Positions 27,311 to 37,432 of a stretch of DNA of 64,000 nucleotides are shown piece after piece. Below the pieces are notes generated by a model, which saw only the letters and a program-made list of their open reading frames with translations, searched no databases and had not been told where the DNA came from. Both the position numbers and the translations under genes were made by a program. The DNA is from a virus, in IMG/VR virus record IMGVR_UViG_3300034279_000305, positions 1 to 64,000 of that record; one strand, 5' to 3'. Position 1 is the stretch's first letter; each line of letters opens with the position of its first letter.

Positions 27311-27852
27311 AGTCCTCTAAAGTAGACACCAAACAGACGGGTGCCATTGTCAATACGCTTGTTATGTGCCTTCCATCCCTCAACATTGAGGACACCATTT
27401 TTGAAGTAAATATCATCGTTACCATCTTCCACCATCTGTTCGAATGTCCATATCATTTCATCCATGACCCAGTCCCAACGCTTGTGCCAGTTGCTGTCAG
27501 TTTCAAACTCATGTCCTGGATCTTCGGAGGCAGCAAAGCGAAGTTCTTCTGGAACATCTTCATCTGCCACGGCAGGTGAACCATGCTTGGTTGCCTTGAG
27601 TTGCTTTAACATAGGAAGAATAATCATAGCAAGAGTATCGTCCATACTCCATGTGTCATATGGGTCGATACGAATCTCGACTTTCCTCTTATTGAAAAAA
27701 TATGCGGATATTTCGGTAATTGGTGTATGCTTATCCAACCATTCTCCGAATGCAAAAACTGCATCATCGTCCTTGTCTTTCCAGAACAGAATCTTTTCTG
27801 CAATCTGGTATGGACCGAACCAACGTGGATATGGACCAATGTTAATCTTCAC
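27301..27852 (-). CDS. Conserved phage hypothetical protein
   Basis: IRIDPYDTWSMDDTLA...RWDWVMDEMIWTF...LFGVYFRGLWD, a pattern typical of T4-like phages. Confidence 0.7.
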   Translation of the reverse strand: MKINIGPYPRWFGPYQIAEKILFWKDKDDDAVFAFGEWLDKHTPITEISAYFFNKRKVEIRIDPYDTWSMDDTLAMIILPMLKQLKATKHGSPAVADEDVPEELRFAASEDPGHEFETDSNWHKRWDWVMDEMIWTFEQMVEDGNDDIYFKNGVLNVEGWKAHNKRIDNGTRLFGVYFRGLWD

Positions 27853-28039
27853 GAGAATTCTTCGAAAGTTCAGTTAGATACGGATCTTGTCCCCAGTCAA
27901 GTGGAATATCCATACCATCGAGTGATTGTGCGATCTTGGTGATGCCATAAACTGCTAGTGCGGCAACACCAAACACTGCAACATAGGGAATCGCTTCAAT
28001 TGCCTTGTCCTTTAAATCATCCTTGGTCATTGCCATCAA
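27842..28039 (-). CDS. Small membrane protein
   Basis: Single TM segment. Confidence 0.55.
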   Translation of the reverse strand: MMAMTKDDLKDKAIEAIPYVAVFGVAALAVYGITKIAQSLDGMDIPLDWGQDPYLTELSKNSRED

Positions 28040-28304
28040 TTCCTGGAAATATAGTGCTAATGCGGGACAAACCGTAATCTTCTAGTTGCTTGTCAGTGCA
28101 ATACCATGACAGTATAACATCAACTGCATCGATATGCTTCTGAAGTTCGACGTTTTCTGCCTCCTGATCATCCCAGTTAAACACACCACTACCACCAATC
28201 ATAAGATCATTAACCCATGACTGGCGACAACGAATCAGTTCGTCTGCGACAATGCGGTCGACCTGCTCTATATCAAGTTCTACAGTATACTTACTCATCT
28301 TCAT
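28017..28304 (-). CDS. Hypothetical protein
   Basis: Overlapping ORF in the run. Confidence 0.55.
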   Translation of the reverse strand: MKMSKYTVELDIEQVDRIVADELIRCRQSWVNDLMIGGSGVFNWDDQEAENVELQKHIDAVDVILSWYCTDKQLEDYGLSRISTIFPGIDGNDQG

Positions 28305-28686
28305 TTACCTTCTTATAACGATTGAGAGACCCATCTGCTTCGACTACCATAATCTCGCCAAGATTTTGTGCCATTATACGTTGCTCGCCTTCTGCTACGA
28401 TGTGTTCACGTTCGCGCAGAGTGCGCATGACTGCATTGGCAATACCGAACTTGTTGCGCCCAGTGTCCATAGCATTCTGCGCTGCCTCTGCGCATTCTTT
28501 GTAGACGTCGTCGGGTAAAGACCACGAGATATCCATCGCATTACCAAAATCACCTACGCGACGCAGATACTCCTGCCCACCATCTACTGAAACAGCACCA
28601 CACGTGCATGTAACAAAATCGTGGCGATGCTTGGAGACGATCTTATCCCCGCAACTCAAACATAATACTGCATTCTGAACAATCAT
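28291..28686 (-). CDS. Zn-binding hypothetical protein
   Basis: CLSCGD..SKHRHDFVTCTCGAVSVDGG. Confidence 0.7.
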   Translation of the reverse strand: MIVQNAVLCLSCGDKIVSKHRHDFVTCTCGAVSVDGGQEYLRRVGDFGNAMDISWSLPDDVYKECAEAAQNAMDTGRNKFGIANAVMRTLREREHIVAEGEQRIMAQNLGEIMVVEADGSLNRYKKVNEDE

Positions 28687-28910
28687 GATGAAACTTTCTT
28701 ATGGACCATAGTAATGTGCTTACACTTATTATGGAAATTGAACCCCGTGCAATCACAAACCCATCCACTCGGAGTCATAGTGGTATGGTAAGTCTTACCC
28801 TTGCAGTTGGTATAAGGCCAAGCGAATCCAACTAGATGGTGTTCATTACTGAAGTTGATACCAGCAAGAGCAACGGGACGTCGATATGGACTAACACCTG
28901 CAACATTCAT
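28683..28910 (-). CDS. SWIM zinc-finger protein
   Basis: CDCTGF....CKHI. Confidence 0.7.
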   Translation of the reverse strand: MNVAGVSPYRRPVALAGINFSNEHHLVGFAWPYTNCKGKTYHTTMTPSGWVCDCTGFNFHNKCKHITMVHKKVSS

Positions 28911-28970
28911 GGGAACATTTCCTTATCATTTAGCATTTCGTCACGCTCTTCAGCAGTAACCTTATTAGAC

Positions 28971-28999
28971 ACTATACCATATATGGTGACAGAAATCAA
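28971..28999 (-). promoter_or_regulatory. Promoter
   Basis: TTGATT-17 bp-TATAGT. Confidence 0.55.
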
Positions 29000-29027
29000 T
29001 AGAATTACCAAAATAAAAAGAATATTA

Positions 29028-29303
29028 TCACTGTCCATAATTAATCACATTCACGAAATCAAGTTTCTGGTCTTCATCCCAGTCTTTAAGATAGACATTA
29101 TCCTCGTCAAACATACGAAGATATTCTGCGCTAGTAATCTCACGAGTGGATGAAATCATCTCGTCGAGATGGAGTTGTGAGAACTCTTTGAAGTCATCGC
29201 CTACGCACATCGTTACCTCATCCTTAGCATCGGATGCACTGTTTGCCTCAACGACATATCGCATACGGAATACGCTAACTGTTTCTACAAGATATTTTGG
29301 CAT
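29028..29303 (-). CDS. Conserved phage hypothetical protein
   Basis: YLVETVSVFRMRYVVEA...EFSQLHLDE. Confidence 0.65.
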   Translation of the reverse strand: MPKYLVETVSVFRMRYVVEANSASDAKDEVTMCVGDDFKEFSQLHLDEMISSTREITSAEYLRMFDEDNVYLKDWDEDQKLDFVNVINYGQ

Positions 29304-29791
29304 TAGTCCAACTTTCCATCATATGTGCGCAACCATGGTTGCCCAGCGTTTACATTAATCTCTCGTTCTGTCTCGAAAAGCATCACACCTGCCTCTTGGA
29401 ACATCTCACGAGTGACATCCCAATTGAATCCTTCGCCTTCGCGATTTGGTTTGTAACTGACTACCTTCGAAATACCATTTTGGATAATCGACTTAGCACA
29501 CTCGTTACAAGGAAGGAGAGGCACATACATCGTGCAACCTTCTACGCTATGTGGTGCATTGTCAAGAGCATTGCGTTCAGCGTGACAAACAAACAGATGT
29601 TTAGTTGGGCGATCTTCATAACGCTTGACATCATCTTTAACTCCTCGAGGGAAACCATTGTATCCCATAGAGACGACACGCTTCTTATCATCTACGATGA
29701 CTGCGCCTACTTTCGTGCGAGGGTCGTGTGACCACTCAGCGACGTGCTCGGCGAGGTCAAGAAATCGTTGTGACCATTTACTCACTATCAT
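29303..29791 (-). CDS. dCMP deaminase
   Basis: SHDPRTKVGAVI, GYNGFPRG, HAERNA, PCNECAK. Confidence 0.93.
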   Translation of the reverse strand: MIVSKWSQRFLDLAEHVAEWSHDPRTKVGAVIVDDKKRVVSMGYNGFPRGVKDDVKRYEDRPTKHLFVCHAERNALDNAPHSVEGCTMYVPLLPCNECAKSIIQNGISKVVSYKPNREGEGFNWDVTREMFQEAGVMLFETEREINVNAGQPWLRTYDGKLD

Positions 29792-30014
29792 CTTCCCCGA
29801 CGAAATCGTAGGGAACATCTTCGTCCTGCTTACGACCCATATAGTGGTCATCGCTTACGCAATAGAACTGTGCCTGTAGTTGACTATTGATAATGGTGCG
29901 AGTGACATCACCAGCAAAAGCAACGCATTGCTCTTTGTTTGCAGACTCGTAGACATCCTTTGCTACGAACTCACCCTCAGTGGTAAAAAGGAATACAATC
30001 AACCAATAACTCAT
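29778..30014 (-). CDS. Hypothetical protein
   Basis: Translationally coupled ORF. Confidence 0.55.
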   Translation of the reverse strand: MSYWLIVFLFTTEGEFVAKDVYESANKEQCVAFAGDVTRTIINSQLQAQFYCVSDDHYMGRKQDEDVPYDFVGEDDSE

Positions 30015-30244
30015 ACTATAACTCCCACAAGCAAAATACCAACGACGAAAGCATTTACTGCAATCAACGCTTTATCCTTCATAGCGAACCCAGCATAACC
30101 CCAGAGACCAGCACCAGCGATAGAGACCAGAAGATCTACTGTGTGATAATCAAATGCGCGACAGGTCGCAGCGACGACGACACATGCAGTTCCTGCCCAT
30201 TTCACGGTTTCAAGGAACACGTTCTTTTTTACAACTTCACTCAT
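30011..30244 (-). CDS. Small membrane protein
   Basis: Three hydrophobic segments. Confidence 0.6.
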   Translation of the reverse strand: MSEVVKKNVFLETVKWAGTACVVVAATCRAFDYHTVDLLVSIAGAGLWGYAGFAMKDKALIAVNAFVVGILLVGVIV

Positions 30245-30447
30245 GCGAATTCATCATCCTTCAAAACCATCACGCCACCAACAAGCATCATCAGAAAACC
30301 AACAATCATCTGGACGCCGAAAGCAACTGCGCTTGGGGGATCCCCCGCAACACAGTCAGCAGCAGCGCGACATTCGACGTAGAAATCTTCAGCGCCGATC
30401 GTACCAGCAACGAGGAGAAAACCAGCGAGGAGCAAAATATATTTCAT
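30241..30447 (-). CDS. Small membrane protein
   Basis: Two TM segments; RBS and promoter upstream. Confidence 0.6.
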   Translation of the reverse strand: MKYILLLAGFLLVAGTIGAEDFYVECRAAADCVAGDPPSAVAFGVQMIVGFLMMLVGGVMVLKDDEFA

Positions 30448-30474
30448 AACAAATTCCTTTTCAAACTATAACTC

Positions 30475-30503
30475 ATTCTACCCTAAAACGGAGATAAAGT
30501 CAA
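30475..30503 (-). promoter_or_regulatory. Early promoter
   Basis: TTGACT-17 bp-TAGAAT. Confidence 0.75.
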
Positions 30504-30826
30504 GCTTTAATTTCATCAAAACCAAACGTAGCACAACGGAACAGTTTTCCGTCTACCTCGAGGATGTCGCCTACTGACATCGAGGAGCAGGGACCGAGTT
30601 TCTCAACCGTAGCACCTTCCCAAAGATTCATGGCAGCGAATGCTTCTTCCATGTCAGCGGTATCAACGTTAGCAACGTGGGTATAATACTGGAAGTTCTC
30701 TGCCTTGAAGGGGACGGCAAACGAACGGGTGAAGTATGCCTGGATGCGGTCGCTAGTTTCGCCGTTGTTAACAGCAGTGATTTCAGCATCAGTCAGTTGA
30801 ATTTGGTAAACCTTAATCATTTTCAA
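30500..30826 (-). CDS. YodL-like hypothetical early protein
   Basis: KVYQI...YTHVA...SMSVGDI. Confidence 0.6.
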   Translation of the reverse strand: MKMIKVYQIQLTDAEITAVNNGETSDRIQAYFTRSFAVPFKAENFQYYTHVANVDTADMEEAFAAMNLWEGATVEKLGPCSSMSVGDILEVDGKLFRCATFGFDEIKA

Positions 30827-30846
30827 TTCCTTTTCTTATTGTTACC

Positions 30847-30875
30847 ATTCTACCCCAAAACGTGGTAAAAGTCAA
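30847..30875 (-). promoter_or_regulatory. Early promoter
   Basis: TTGACT-17 bp-TAGAAT with TTTTGGGG. Confidence 0.8.
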
Positions 30876-30908
30876 GCCCCTAAATGAAAATAATTGCTTT
30901 TTTTTGAT

Positions 30909-31430
30909 TTAAATTTTAAATTGGGCGAGGCAATCATCGTAAGATTCTCGCATTCCTCCTACTTGGAAGAATATCCTTTGTGCTTTGTTATCTGGCAACC
31001 CATGCACGATGGAGGTGTTGATCAGTGTCGCTTCGCTGGAATAATCATAGTTGCAGACCTCGACGTCATTCTCATACCAGACGATAGGAGCATGAAACGT
31101 TACAAGAGGTATGGATATTACTGCAGTTCTAGTGTCAGTGTGTTGCGGGAGTTTGCCCTCTACAAAGGATACCTGACTCCACTGGTATACGTGATTCGGA
31201 TCACTATACGGAGATTCTGGGACAAATAGGTCACTAATCTTCTTGAAGAGTTGGTGTTCTCTGTAGTCTTCAGTTGCATCTCGGAGAAAATATTGAGAGT
31301 ATTGTTCAATCGTATGACCCTGGACTACGTAATGATATGCCTGCGACTGATAGTTGTGTGACAGAAAATTCATAAATCTCCAATCAGTGCTGTCTAGTGC
31401 CAACCCGAGTGGTTTATAATAAGGGTACAT
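30909..31430 (-). CDS. 2OG-Fe(II) oxygenase-like (cupin) protein
   Basis: LPQHTD..AVISIPL...LINTSIVHG...RIFFQ. Confidence 0.6.
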   Translation of the reverse strand: MYPYYKPLGLALDSTDWRFMNFLSHNYQSQAYHYVVQGHTIEQYSQYFLRDATEDYREHQLFKKISDLFVPESPYSDPNHVYQWSQVSFVEGKLPQHTDTRTAVISIPLVTFHAPIVWYENDVEVCNYDYSSEATLINTSIVHGLPDNKAQRIFFQVGGMRESYDDCLAQFKI

Positions 31431-31431
31431 G

Positions 31432-32073
31432 CTAATATACTCTCATCTTTTTGATAAATTCTTTCATAGTCTCATAGTCAGAAGAAGCCTTAACATTCAA
31501 CACCAACATGGTGCAGTCATCGACATATGAGAACAAAGAATGTGCTTTGGTGGTATTCATAAAATACGTGGTCCCTTCTCTCAGTTGCACAACCTTACCA
31601 TCAAAAATCCAAGACATGCTTGACGAGTGAAAATTGTAGAATGGTACGACGATTCTAAACATGTCATTAGGCAGACCGAAATTGTGGTCTCTGTGTGGCG
31701 GGAAAAAACCACCCTTGTCTAACCGCAGGAAATGTGACCGACCCAAGTCTTCTCCGAAAAAATTTAACAGTTCATTTACTTCAGGTATCTCGCATGACAA
31801 AGGTGTGCGAGTTTTAAAATCAGAATCACGATGTATTATACCAGTTTCGTTATAATATTCTCCCAAACTTTCAAGATCCGGAACACCTGAGTATCCGCCA
31901 TCTAAACTGGTCATCGATAATCCGTAACGATTGTACCCCTGTTTATATGTGTTGTATTGCTTCCATTCTGGATGCCCGAGAATAAGATCTCTATACTTGT
32001 TTACGGGAATATTTGGAAATCCCAGTTCTATTATATCTCCATATGAGATTACGAATTCAGTTAGTGGGTTCAT
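31432..32073 (-). CDS. Aspartyl/asparaginyl beta-hydroxylase-like 2OG oxygenase
   Basis: RSHFLRLDKGGFFPPHRD, YFMNTTKAHS. Confidence 0.75.
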   Translation of the reverse strand: MNPLTEFVISYGDIIELGFPNIPVNKYRDLILGHPEWKQYNTYKQGYNRYGLSMTSLDGGYSGVPDLESLGEYYNETGIIHRDSDFKTRTPLSCEIPEVNELLNFFGEDLGRSHFLRLDKGGFFPPHRDHNFGLPNDMFRIVVPFYNFHSSSMSWIFDGKVVQLREGTTYFMNTTKAHSLFSYVDDCTMLVLNVKASSDYETMKEFIKKMRVY

Positions 32074-32754
32074 TTAATTAGTTCCTGGATCTATTTTGCC
32101 GAGTTGATCAAACGCCCACTGTCTTTCCCTACAATGGTAGCACCTGCCGCATCTGCCATATGTTTGCTGCGTGCAAGTATGAGATATCTCAAGCAATCTT
32201 TCGGTACCATGCATAAAATGTAAATCAATTGTATGCGATTTCATCAATTCATTGAACGGCATGCCCAGATATTCCGGAAATGGATTTGTATCTACTCTAT
32301 ACGGTTTTTCTTCTGGAGTAAGGATCAACTCGGACGTTTCTCTATTGTCCGCTAGATAAACAAACAGTTTCCCACCCGCTGCATATTCGTCGAATACTGC
32401 ACGAACGCTTTGTTGAATTTGTTGTGAGTGGTGTAGTTCTTGGACGTTTTCTGCACCAAAAATAGTAGGCGCAGGTAAGTTTATATCCAGCATCTCATTT
32501 ATGGCAGCGACTATTCCAGGCGAGTGCACCTCTGCACCATCTGTCTTGGGCACCGTAAAGATATACTTTATTTCATCGACACTACGACCCTTCTTGATCA
32601 ATTCTGAACAAATCATATACAATAAAATAGAACTGTCTGCCCCGCTACTCAACATAATCGCAAGGTGTCGGTTTTCGGGTAAAGGTAAAACGAAAGAACG
32701 TCTATCCTCCGTCGGTCCACAAGTAAATACTGAGAAAAAAGAAGTATCAATCAT
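32074..32754 (-). CDS. QueC-like PP-loop ATP pyrophosphatase
   Basis: LSSGADSS PP-loop; C-terminal HTC......CGRCYHCRER zinc site. Confidence 0.75.
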   Translation of the reverse strand: MIDTSFFSVFTCGPTEDRRSFVLPLPENRHLAIMLSSGADSSILLYMICSELIKKGRSVDEIKYIFTVPKTDGAEVHSPGIVAAINEMLDINLPAPTIFGAENVQELHHSQQIQQSVRAVFDEYAAGGKLFVYLADNRETSELILTPEEKPYRVDTNPFPEYLGMPFNELMKSHTIDLHFMHGTERLLEISHTCTQQTYGRCGRCYHCRERQWAFDQLGKIDPGTN

Positions 32755-32809
32755 GCGGTTTCTCCCCGCAATTGCTGGAATTTGTCAACTTTAGCATTAC
32801 ATTTTTTCC

Positions 32810-34444
32810 TTATGTTTCAACATAATCTAACTTTTTCTTTTTATAATCTTCAATGAATGCAACTTTCGTATACTCCGAGGGACGAATACCGCCAAGTTGT
32901 CGAAACGATTTCATCATATCCTCATCAGTTTTTCCATCTACATACCAATCATCCATTCTCCAATGGTCGACTCCGTAATCTAAATAAGAATCATTCGCCC
33001 AGAAATTTTTGATGACCCATAGCACAACGTCCCTTTCTGTCAACCCTGTATTACTTTGCCATCTATTAAATAGGACTGATTCATCCATGTGTCGCATAAA
33101 CAATCTTACCTGATTTTTCATCTCGGGTTCAATCTGATTACTCTGGAATATAGGTAGTAATTCAGGATCATCCTCTGACAATTGATGCCCCTTGATGTCT
33201 ATTAATTTATATCCCTGTTTTTCGTACTGCGTTGACAATACGCTAGGACTGGTATTCTCTAACGTATTACTAGGAATAACCAATGGATGTATAAGTACGT
33301 TGTTGGTTTTCCAGTGTTCTTCGCACCATTTTAGAGTCTCACCCATTGTCTCTTCTGTGTCATACGGTAGTCCTGCGATGAGACTGATTGAACCTCTGTA
33401 ATACCCATTATGCTTTAGAAAGTATGCTTTGGTATCTAGAAGTACTTGTTTAATTTTATCGCTGTCCATACCCTTACCGATTGCAGCAGCACTTGGGCGA
33501 TTAAATGATTCTATACCATAAAATTGTCCGTTAAACTGCATGCGAGCTAAATGCTCTATGTCGCCTGGACGAGTGTGTAACAGATCGGCACGAATATAAC
33601 CGCCAAACAATGGTTTGAAGGAAAACTTTTCAACTTTATCTGCATATTTGATTATCTTATTGGTATAATCATTGAAAGTTTCATCTGCAATAGAATATCT
33701 GTATAACCCCCAGTTGTCATAATTTCGTATAAGATTGTCGCTAAAATCTTCTGCATCACGAGTATGATCATCCTTTACTCCCAGTACAGGATACGTGCAG
33801 AATGAACATTTGAACCGACACCCTCTGGATGTTTCTATGGTTGTATGCTCAAATGGTTGCATGAAATCACGGTTTTCATAATCAACAGATAAATTACGCA
33901 TAGGAAATGCAGGATAGTGTGCAATAGCATCGACAACTTTTCTCTTGTCCCCCTCCTTGTTAATGACTTCTTCTGTCCACTTAGCAGTGCCTTTCAAAAT
34001 CTCAAGCATGGCATGTTCACCATATCCTGTTACCATGTAGTCAGCAGGAATTAAATGTATGTTATGAAACTGCGTTGATCCAGTAATGATAGTAACGTCT
34101 GGATAAGTTTGCTTCAACCATGTAAAACAGCGATATAATGTCTCTGTGTTCATTCTAAACAATGCACCCAATCCAACAAATTTGAACGACGGTGACATTC
34201 GTGAACGTATCAACTGTTGAAATTCGCGAAATGTCCAAGAAGGAGCAAAATCAACAACCTCGACAGAGAGACCATTTTGACGCAAGAATGATGCAATTCT
34301 GTGCGCTCCTGCGCTTCGGCGAACGGAACTATAACTGATTGTTGCATCCTGCCGACGAAAACCCTTACTGTCCGTTGAAGGAGTTTCATCTATATTGATC
34401 ATACCACCAAAGATAATGCCATCAAGCATCAATCCACCTCGCAT
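32810..34444 (-). CDS. Radical SAM enzyme with an N-terminal B12-binding-like domain
   Basis: ETSRGCRFKCSFC, ADETFND, GIESFN, LIAGLPYDT. Confidence 0.85.
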   Translation of the reverse strand: MRGGLMLDGIIFGGMINIDETPSTDSKGFRRQDATISYSSVRRSAGAHRIASFLRQNGLSVEVVDFAPSWTFREFQQLIRSRMSPSFKFVGLGALFRMNTETLYRCFTWLKQTYPDVTIITGSTQFHNIHLIPADYMVTGYGEHAMLEILKGTAKWTEEVINKEGDKRKVVDAIAHYPAFPMRNLSVDYENRDFMQPFEHTTIETSRGCRFKCSFCTYPVLGVKDDHTRDAEDFSDNLIRNYDNWGLYRYSIADETFNDYTNKIIKYADKVEKFSFKPLFGGYIRADLLHTRPGDIEHLARMQFNGQFYGIESFNRPSAAAIGKGMDSDKIKQVLLDTKAYFLKHNGYYRGSISLIAGLPYDTEETMGETLKWCEEHWKTNNVLIHPLVIPSNTLENTSPSVLSTQYEKQGYKLIDIKGHQLSEDDPELLPIFQSNQIEPEMKNQVRLFMRHMDESVLFNRWQSNTGLTERDVVLWVIKNFWANDSYLDYGVDHWRMDDWYVDGKTDEDMMKSFRQLGGIRPSEYTKVAFIEDYKKKKLDYVET

Positions 34445-35075
34445 CTTCTAGAATTTTCTTAAACTGTTCTTTATAGTGTTCATTCCAAATCATATACAAC
34501 ATCCATTGTTTTGTATAGTTAATTTTAAACGGTCCATTGTCGGGTAATGTATATGGGTGTATTCTGAAGTTTGGTTTTCCAAAATGCTTCCCGTCCTCGT
34601 AGTAATACTTAGGATAATTCACAGGATCGTTTATTGCCAGATATCTAAGTAATCTCTTGTTAAATTCATTGGCAGTATTGATTGCTCCATACCTTCCTGC
34701 TTCGATGCTACGATCTATTGCTATCGTATGAATGTCACCGTGTGCTCTTGCGAGTTGCATTCCTGGAATAGTATAACTACGCGAACTCAAATGTGTCATG
34801 TGAGAATCTATGTTCGATTCATGATATCCACCTCCACAAAGTATTTTACCATCTCTTCGGTAGAGAATATATCCATTTCCAAGTCCATCATATCTCTTTT
34901 GAACATACAACGCATGTAGAAACGAAGATCGAGTATTCTCCCAATTAACGGGACTCATGTTTGTTGCTCCAGGTCTTGTATCATCTATTGCATGGTTACA
35001 GAATGGCAACAACTGATCAATGGGATATGTGCTGTCTATCTGTTCAAACATTACCCAATCTCCGCATAATGACAT
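34422..35075 (-). CDS. Hypothetical protein (possible GNAT-like fold)
   Basis: Weak pattern GKILCGGG...SRSYTIP. Confidence 0.45.
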   Translation of the reverse strand: MSLCGDWVMFEQIDSTYPIDQLLPFCNHAIDDTRPGATNMSPVNWENTRSSFLHALYVQKRYDGLGNGYILYRRDGKILCGGGYHESNIDSHMTHLSSRSYTIPGMQLARAHGDIHTIAIDRSIEAGRYGAINTANEFNKRLLRYLAINDPVNYPKYYYEDGKHFGKPNFRIHPYTLPDNGPFKINYTKQWMLYMIWNEHYKEQFKKILEDARWIDA

Positions 35076-36055
35076 TTTCTACAAATCTCATCTCTGGCGC
35101 GAACGATTACCTCAGCATGTGTTTCGGACACCCATATATCACTCAGAGAAGATTTCGAAAGGTCTCCGAAAACATACTCCATGTTGTAATCATTGCAGCA
35201 AAGAAAAGTTTCTCCCAAAGAATTTATATGAATCCATTCAGTAGTTCTATCCGTCTTAACATCTTCAAATCCCCGACAACCTATGACAGTGCCAGTTTTT
35301 AATCTCTCTTCGATCGAAGGTTGGTTTGAAATTAAAGACGACAACAATCCTGCTCTATCATGCAGCACGTATTCCTTGTATGGGATGAAGTTCTTAAACT
35401 TTCTCTTGGCAAATTTGTACGCCTGGAAACGTTCTCCCTTTACTGGATGCATATCAATTTGCAGGTTATTTAATTCCTCGCCTCTGTGAATGTCATTATC
35501 CCAGACCTTATCGTCGACCCCATTAATCAGTATGATCAAATTATCAAAGTCTGCCAGTTCTGTATCTGCATATTCTAAATTTGCTATCAATCTATCGTAT
35601 TGATTGACATGCAACCCAGAACGACTTGCCCAAGTTTCTGGTTCGAATGATGGGATGTTCAGTATAATCTCAGAGATAACATCCTTATTAGACTTGATCA
35701 TGTCTATCTTTTTGGGAGTAAGATTAATCCCATTGCTGAAAATGGTAGTGGTGAAGTTATACTTGCGAAGTAACTCCAGAAATTCTTCGAGATACCTATA
35801 CAATAACACCTCACCGTAGTGTGCAGTGTAGATGTTTCTCATTGAGAGAGATACAACTCCACTCTCGTCGTTACGATGCGATGCCAAATCGGCAAGAATC
35901 TTTTCTACTAGATCTAGAGGCATGTGCACCCTTGTTCGCTCAGGCTGTGGGATATATTTTACTGGACAATACCAGCATGCAGCATTACAGAACCCAAACA
36001 AGTCAAGTTGGACGTGTTGGATCTTTATGTCCCGTAAGTTCTGTAAAAGATTCAT
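35051..36055 (-). CDS. Radical SAM protein with a SPASM/twitch domain
   Basis: CNAACWYCP; C-terminal GETFLCCND..FGDL...ICRKC. Confidence 0.88.
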   Translation of the reverse strand: MNLLQNLRDIKIQHVQLDLFGFCNAACWYCPVKYIPQPERTRVHMPLDLVEKILADLASHRNDESGVVSLSMRNIYTAHYGEVLLYRYLEEFLELLRKYNFTTTIFSNGINLTPKKIDMIKSNKDVISEIILNIPSFEPETWASRSGLHVNQYDRLIANLEYADTELADFDNLIILINGVDDKVWDNDIHRGEELNNLQIDMHPVKGERFQAYKFAKRKFKNFIPYKEYVLHDRAGLLSSLISNQPSIEERLKTGTVIGCRGFEDVKTDRTTEWIHINSLGETFLCCNDYNMEYVFGDLSKSSLSDIWVSETHAEVIVRARDEICRKCHYAEIG

Positions 36056-36696
36056 GATATAATATTAAGACGAATTCGTGCTTCTTCTAAATCTTCATTA
36101 AACAGGTCATCATAATTTTCTGCAAGTAAGAACTTAGCATTCTTCCCTCGTAGATATGCATGTTGGACCATCGACAGATTTTTGTATGTAAGACCATACT
36201 TCAACAAACCAAGCAGACATATCGCGATCCAACCAATTGATTTTGTTTGTGCAAACGAAAATGCAGCAAGGCAAATTTCGCCTGTATCATTTGCAGGATA
36301 TCCTGTCAATGTATGCCAAGTGTCATGTGTGTCGCGATATCTGCGTGCCATCCAATTATACGGATGTTTCGCTTCGATCCATTTACTGTTGTTTGATTTT
36401 CTCCTGCTGAGTTTCAGCAGGATTTCTTGGTTTGGAAATAGTTTGTGGCATTCTCTACCAACAGACCCTTCTGGTCTCTCGGAAAGTGTCGGGAAATACT
36501 CGGAAATTTCTTCAGAGGAGTATGCTATCTCACCACCCGATTCAGTCTTCATTAACTGATCGAGACTCCAGCGTAATGATGGAGGATTTAATGCATGAAG
36601 GATCTCGAAAATGAAAATTGTATTCGCAGGATTTCTACGAAGTTTCTTAAATGCTTTGTATGCACGAAGATAGTCAATTTTGTATTCTAGACTCAT
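36052..36696 (-). CDS. Coq4-like protein
   Basis: PEGSVG, RYRDTHDTWHTLTGY...GEICL (HDxxH..E). Confidence 0.8.
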   Translation of the reverse strand: MSLEYKIDYLRAYKAFKKLRRNPANTIFIFEILHALNPPSLRWSLDQLMKTESGGEIAYSSEEISEYFPTLSERPEGSVGRECHKLFPNQEILLKLSRRKSNNSKWIEAKHPYNWMARRYRDTHDTWHTLTGYPANDTGEICLAAFSFAQTKSIGWIAICLLGLLKYGLTYKNLSMVQHAYLRGKNAKFLLAENYDDLFNEDLEEARIRLNIIS

Positions 36697-37432
36697 TTAC
36701 AATAACCTTCAATTCGCGAAGCACTTTCTTAATTTCAATTGGATTACTTAGGAAGGCATAGAAGTTTCCACTATCTTCCAAGTCATAGACATATAGATGC
36801 TCATCAGTAAGAACATAGTTTATGTCTGGATTATAGTATAATTTATATGATGCTACGACATCCTCTGAACCGAGAAATGTCTCGTCGAAATTGAAGGAAT
36901 TGACAACTTTGTTAGAATACAGTAACATTCTATTTTGCAGAAGATTTGCCGCCAAAAATTTACCAAGTTCGATTAGGCGTAATCCATGCGAACCTTTTAC
37001 GTTCGCGAACTTGTAGATATCAGCGCTGTTGAAGAATGCATTACCAGTGGTATTATTTCCATTATATGTCATAACTCCATCAATCAAACCAACCACATCA
37101 ACATCGGGATTATCGTCCACGATCGTAGCGAGTTTGCTCAATGCATCAGGAGCGAGATAATCATCAGCATCGACTTGCATATAATAGTCATGCGGGCGAG
37201 ATCGGAAAATCTCTAGAACAGAATTCTTTCCCCTCGCAGGTGTCCCGTTAGATTCAGTTACCAGAAACTCTACATTGTATTCCTCTGCAACAGATCTCGC
37301 TTGCTCTACAAATGAAAAATCGAGAGTGTTACATACCACAACCACATCACTGGTTTGAGGTAGAACACTCTCGATACAACGTTTTAATTTTTCAACATCC
37401 CTTGAAGTAAGGAGTGCAACCAATATGTTCAT
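36674..37432 (-). CDS. Glycosyltransferase family 2
   Basis: LKRCIESV, GTPARGKN, QVDADD, SED. Confidence 0.85.
   Translation of the reverse strand: MNILVALLTSRDVEKLKRCIESVLPQTSDVVVVCNTLDFSFVEQARSVAEEYNVEFLVTESNGTPARGKNSVLEIFRSRPHDYYMQVDADDYLAPDALSKLATIVDDNPDVDVVGLIDGVMTYNGNNTTGNAFFNSADIYKFANVKGSHGLRLIELGKFLAANLLQNRMLLYSNKVVNSFNFDETFLGSEDVVASYKLYYNPDINYVLTDEHLYVYDLEDSGNFYAFLSNPIEIKKVLRELKVIVNESRIQN

Noticed and set aside
32074-32754. 7-deazaguanine DNA modification pathway
   Set aside because: The QueC-like gene lacks folE, queD, queE and dpdA partners in this window, so only the fold can be claimed.
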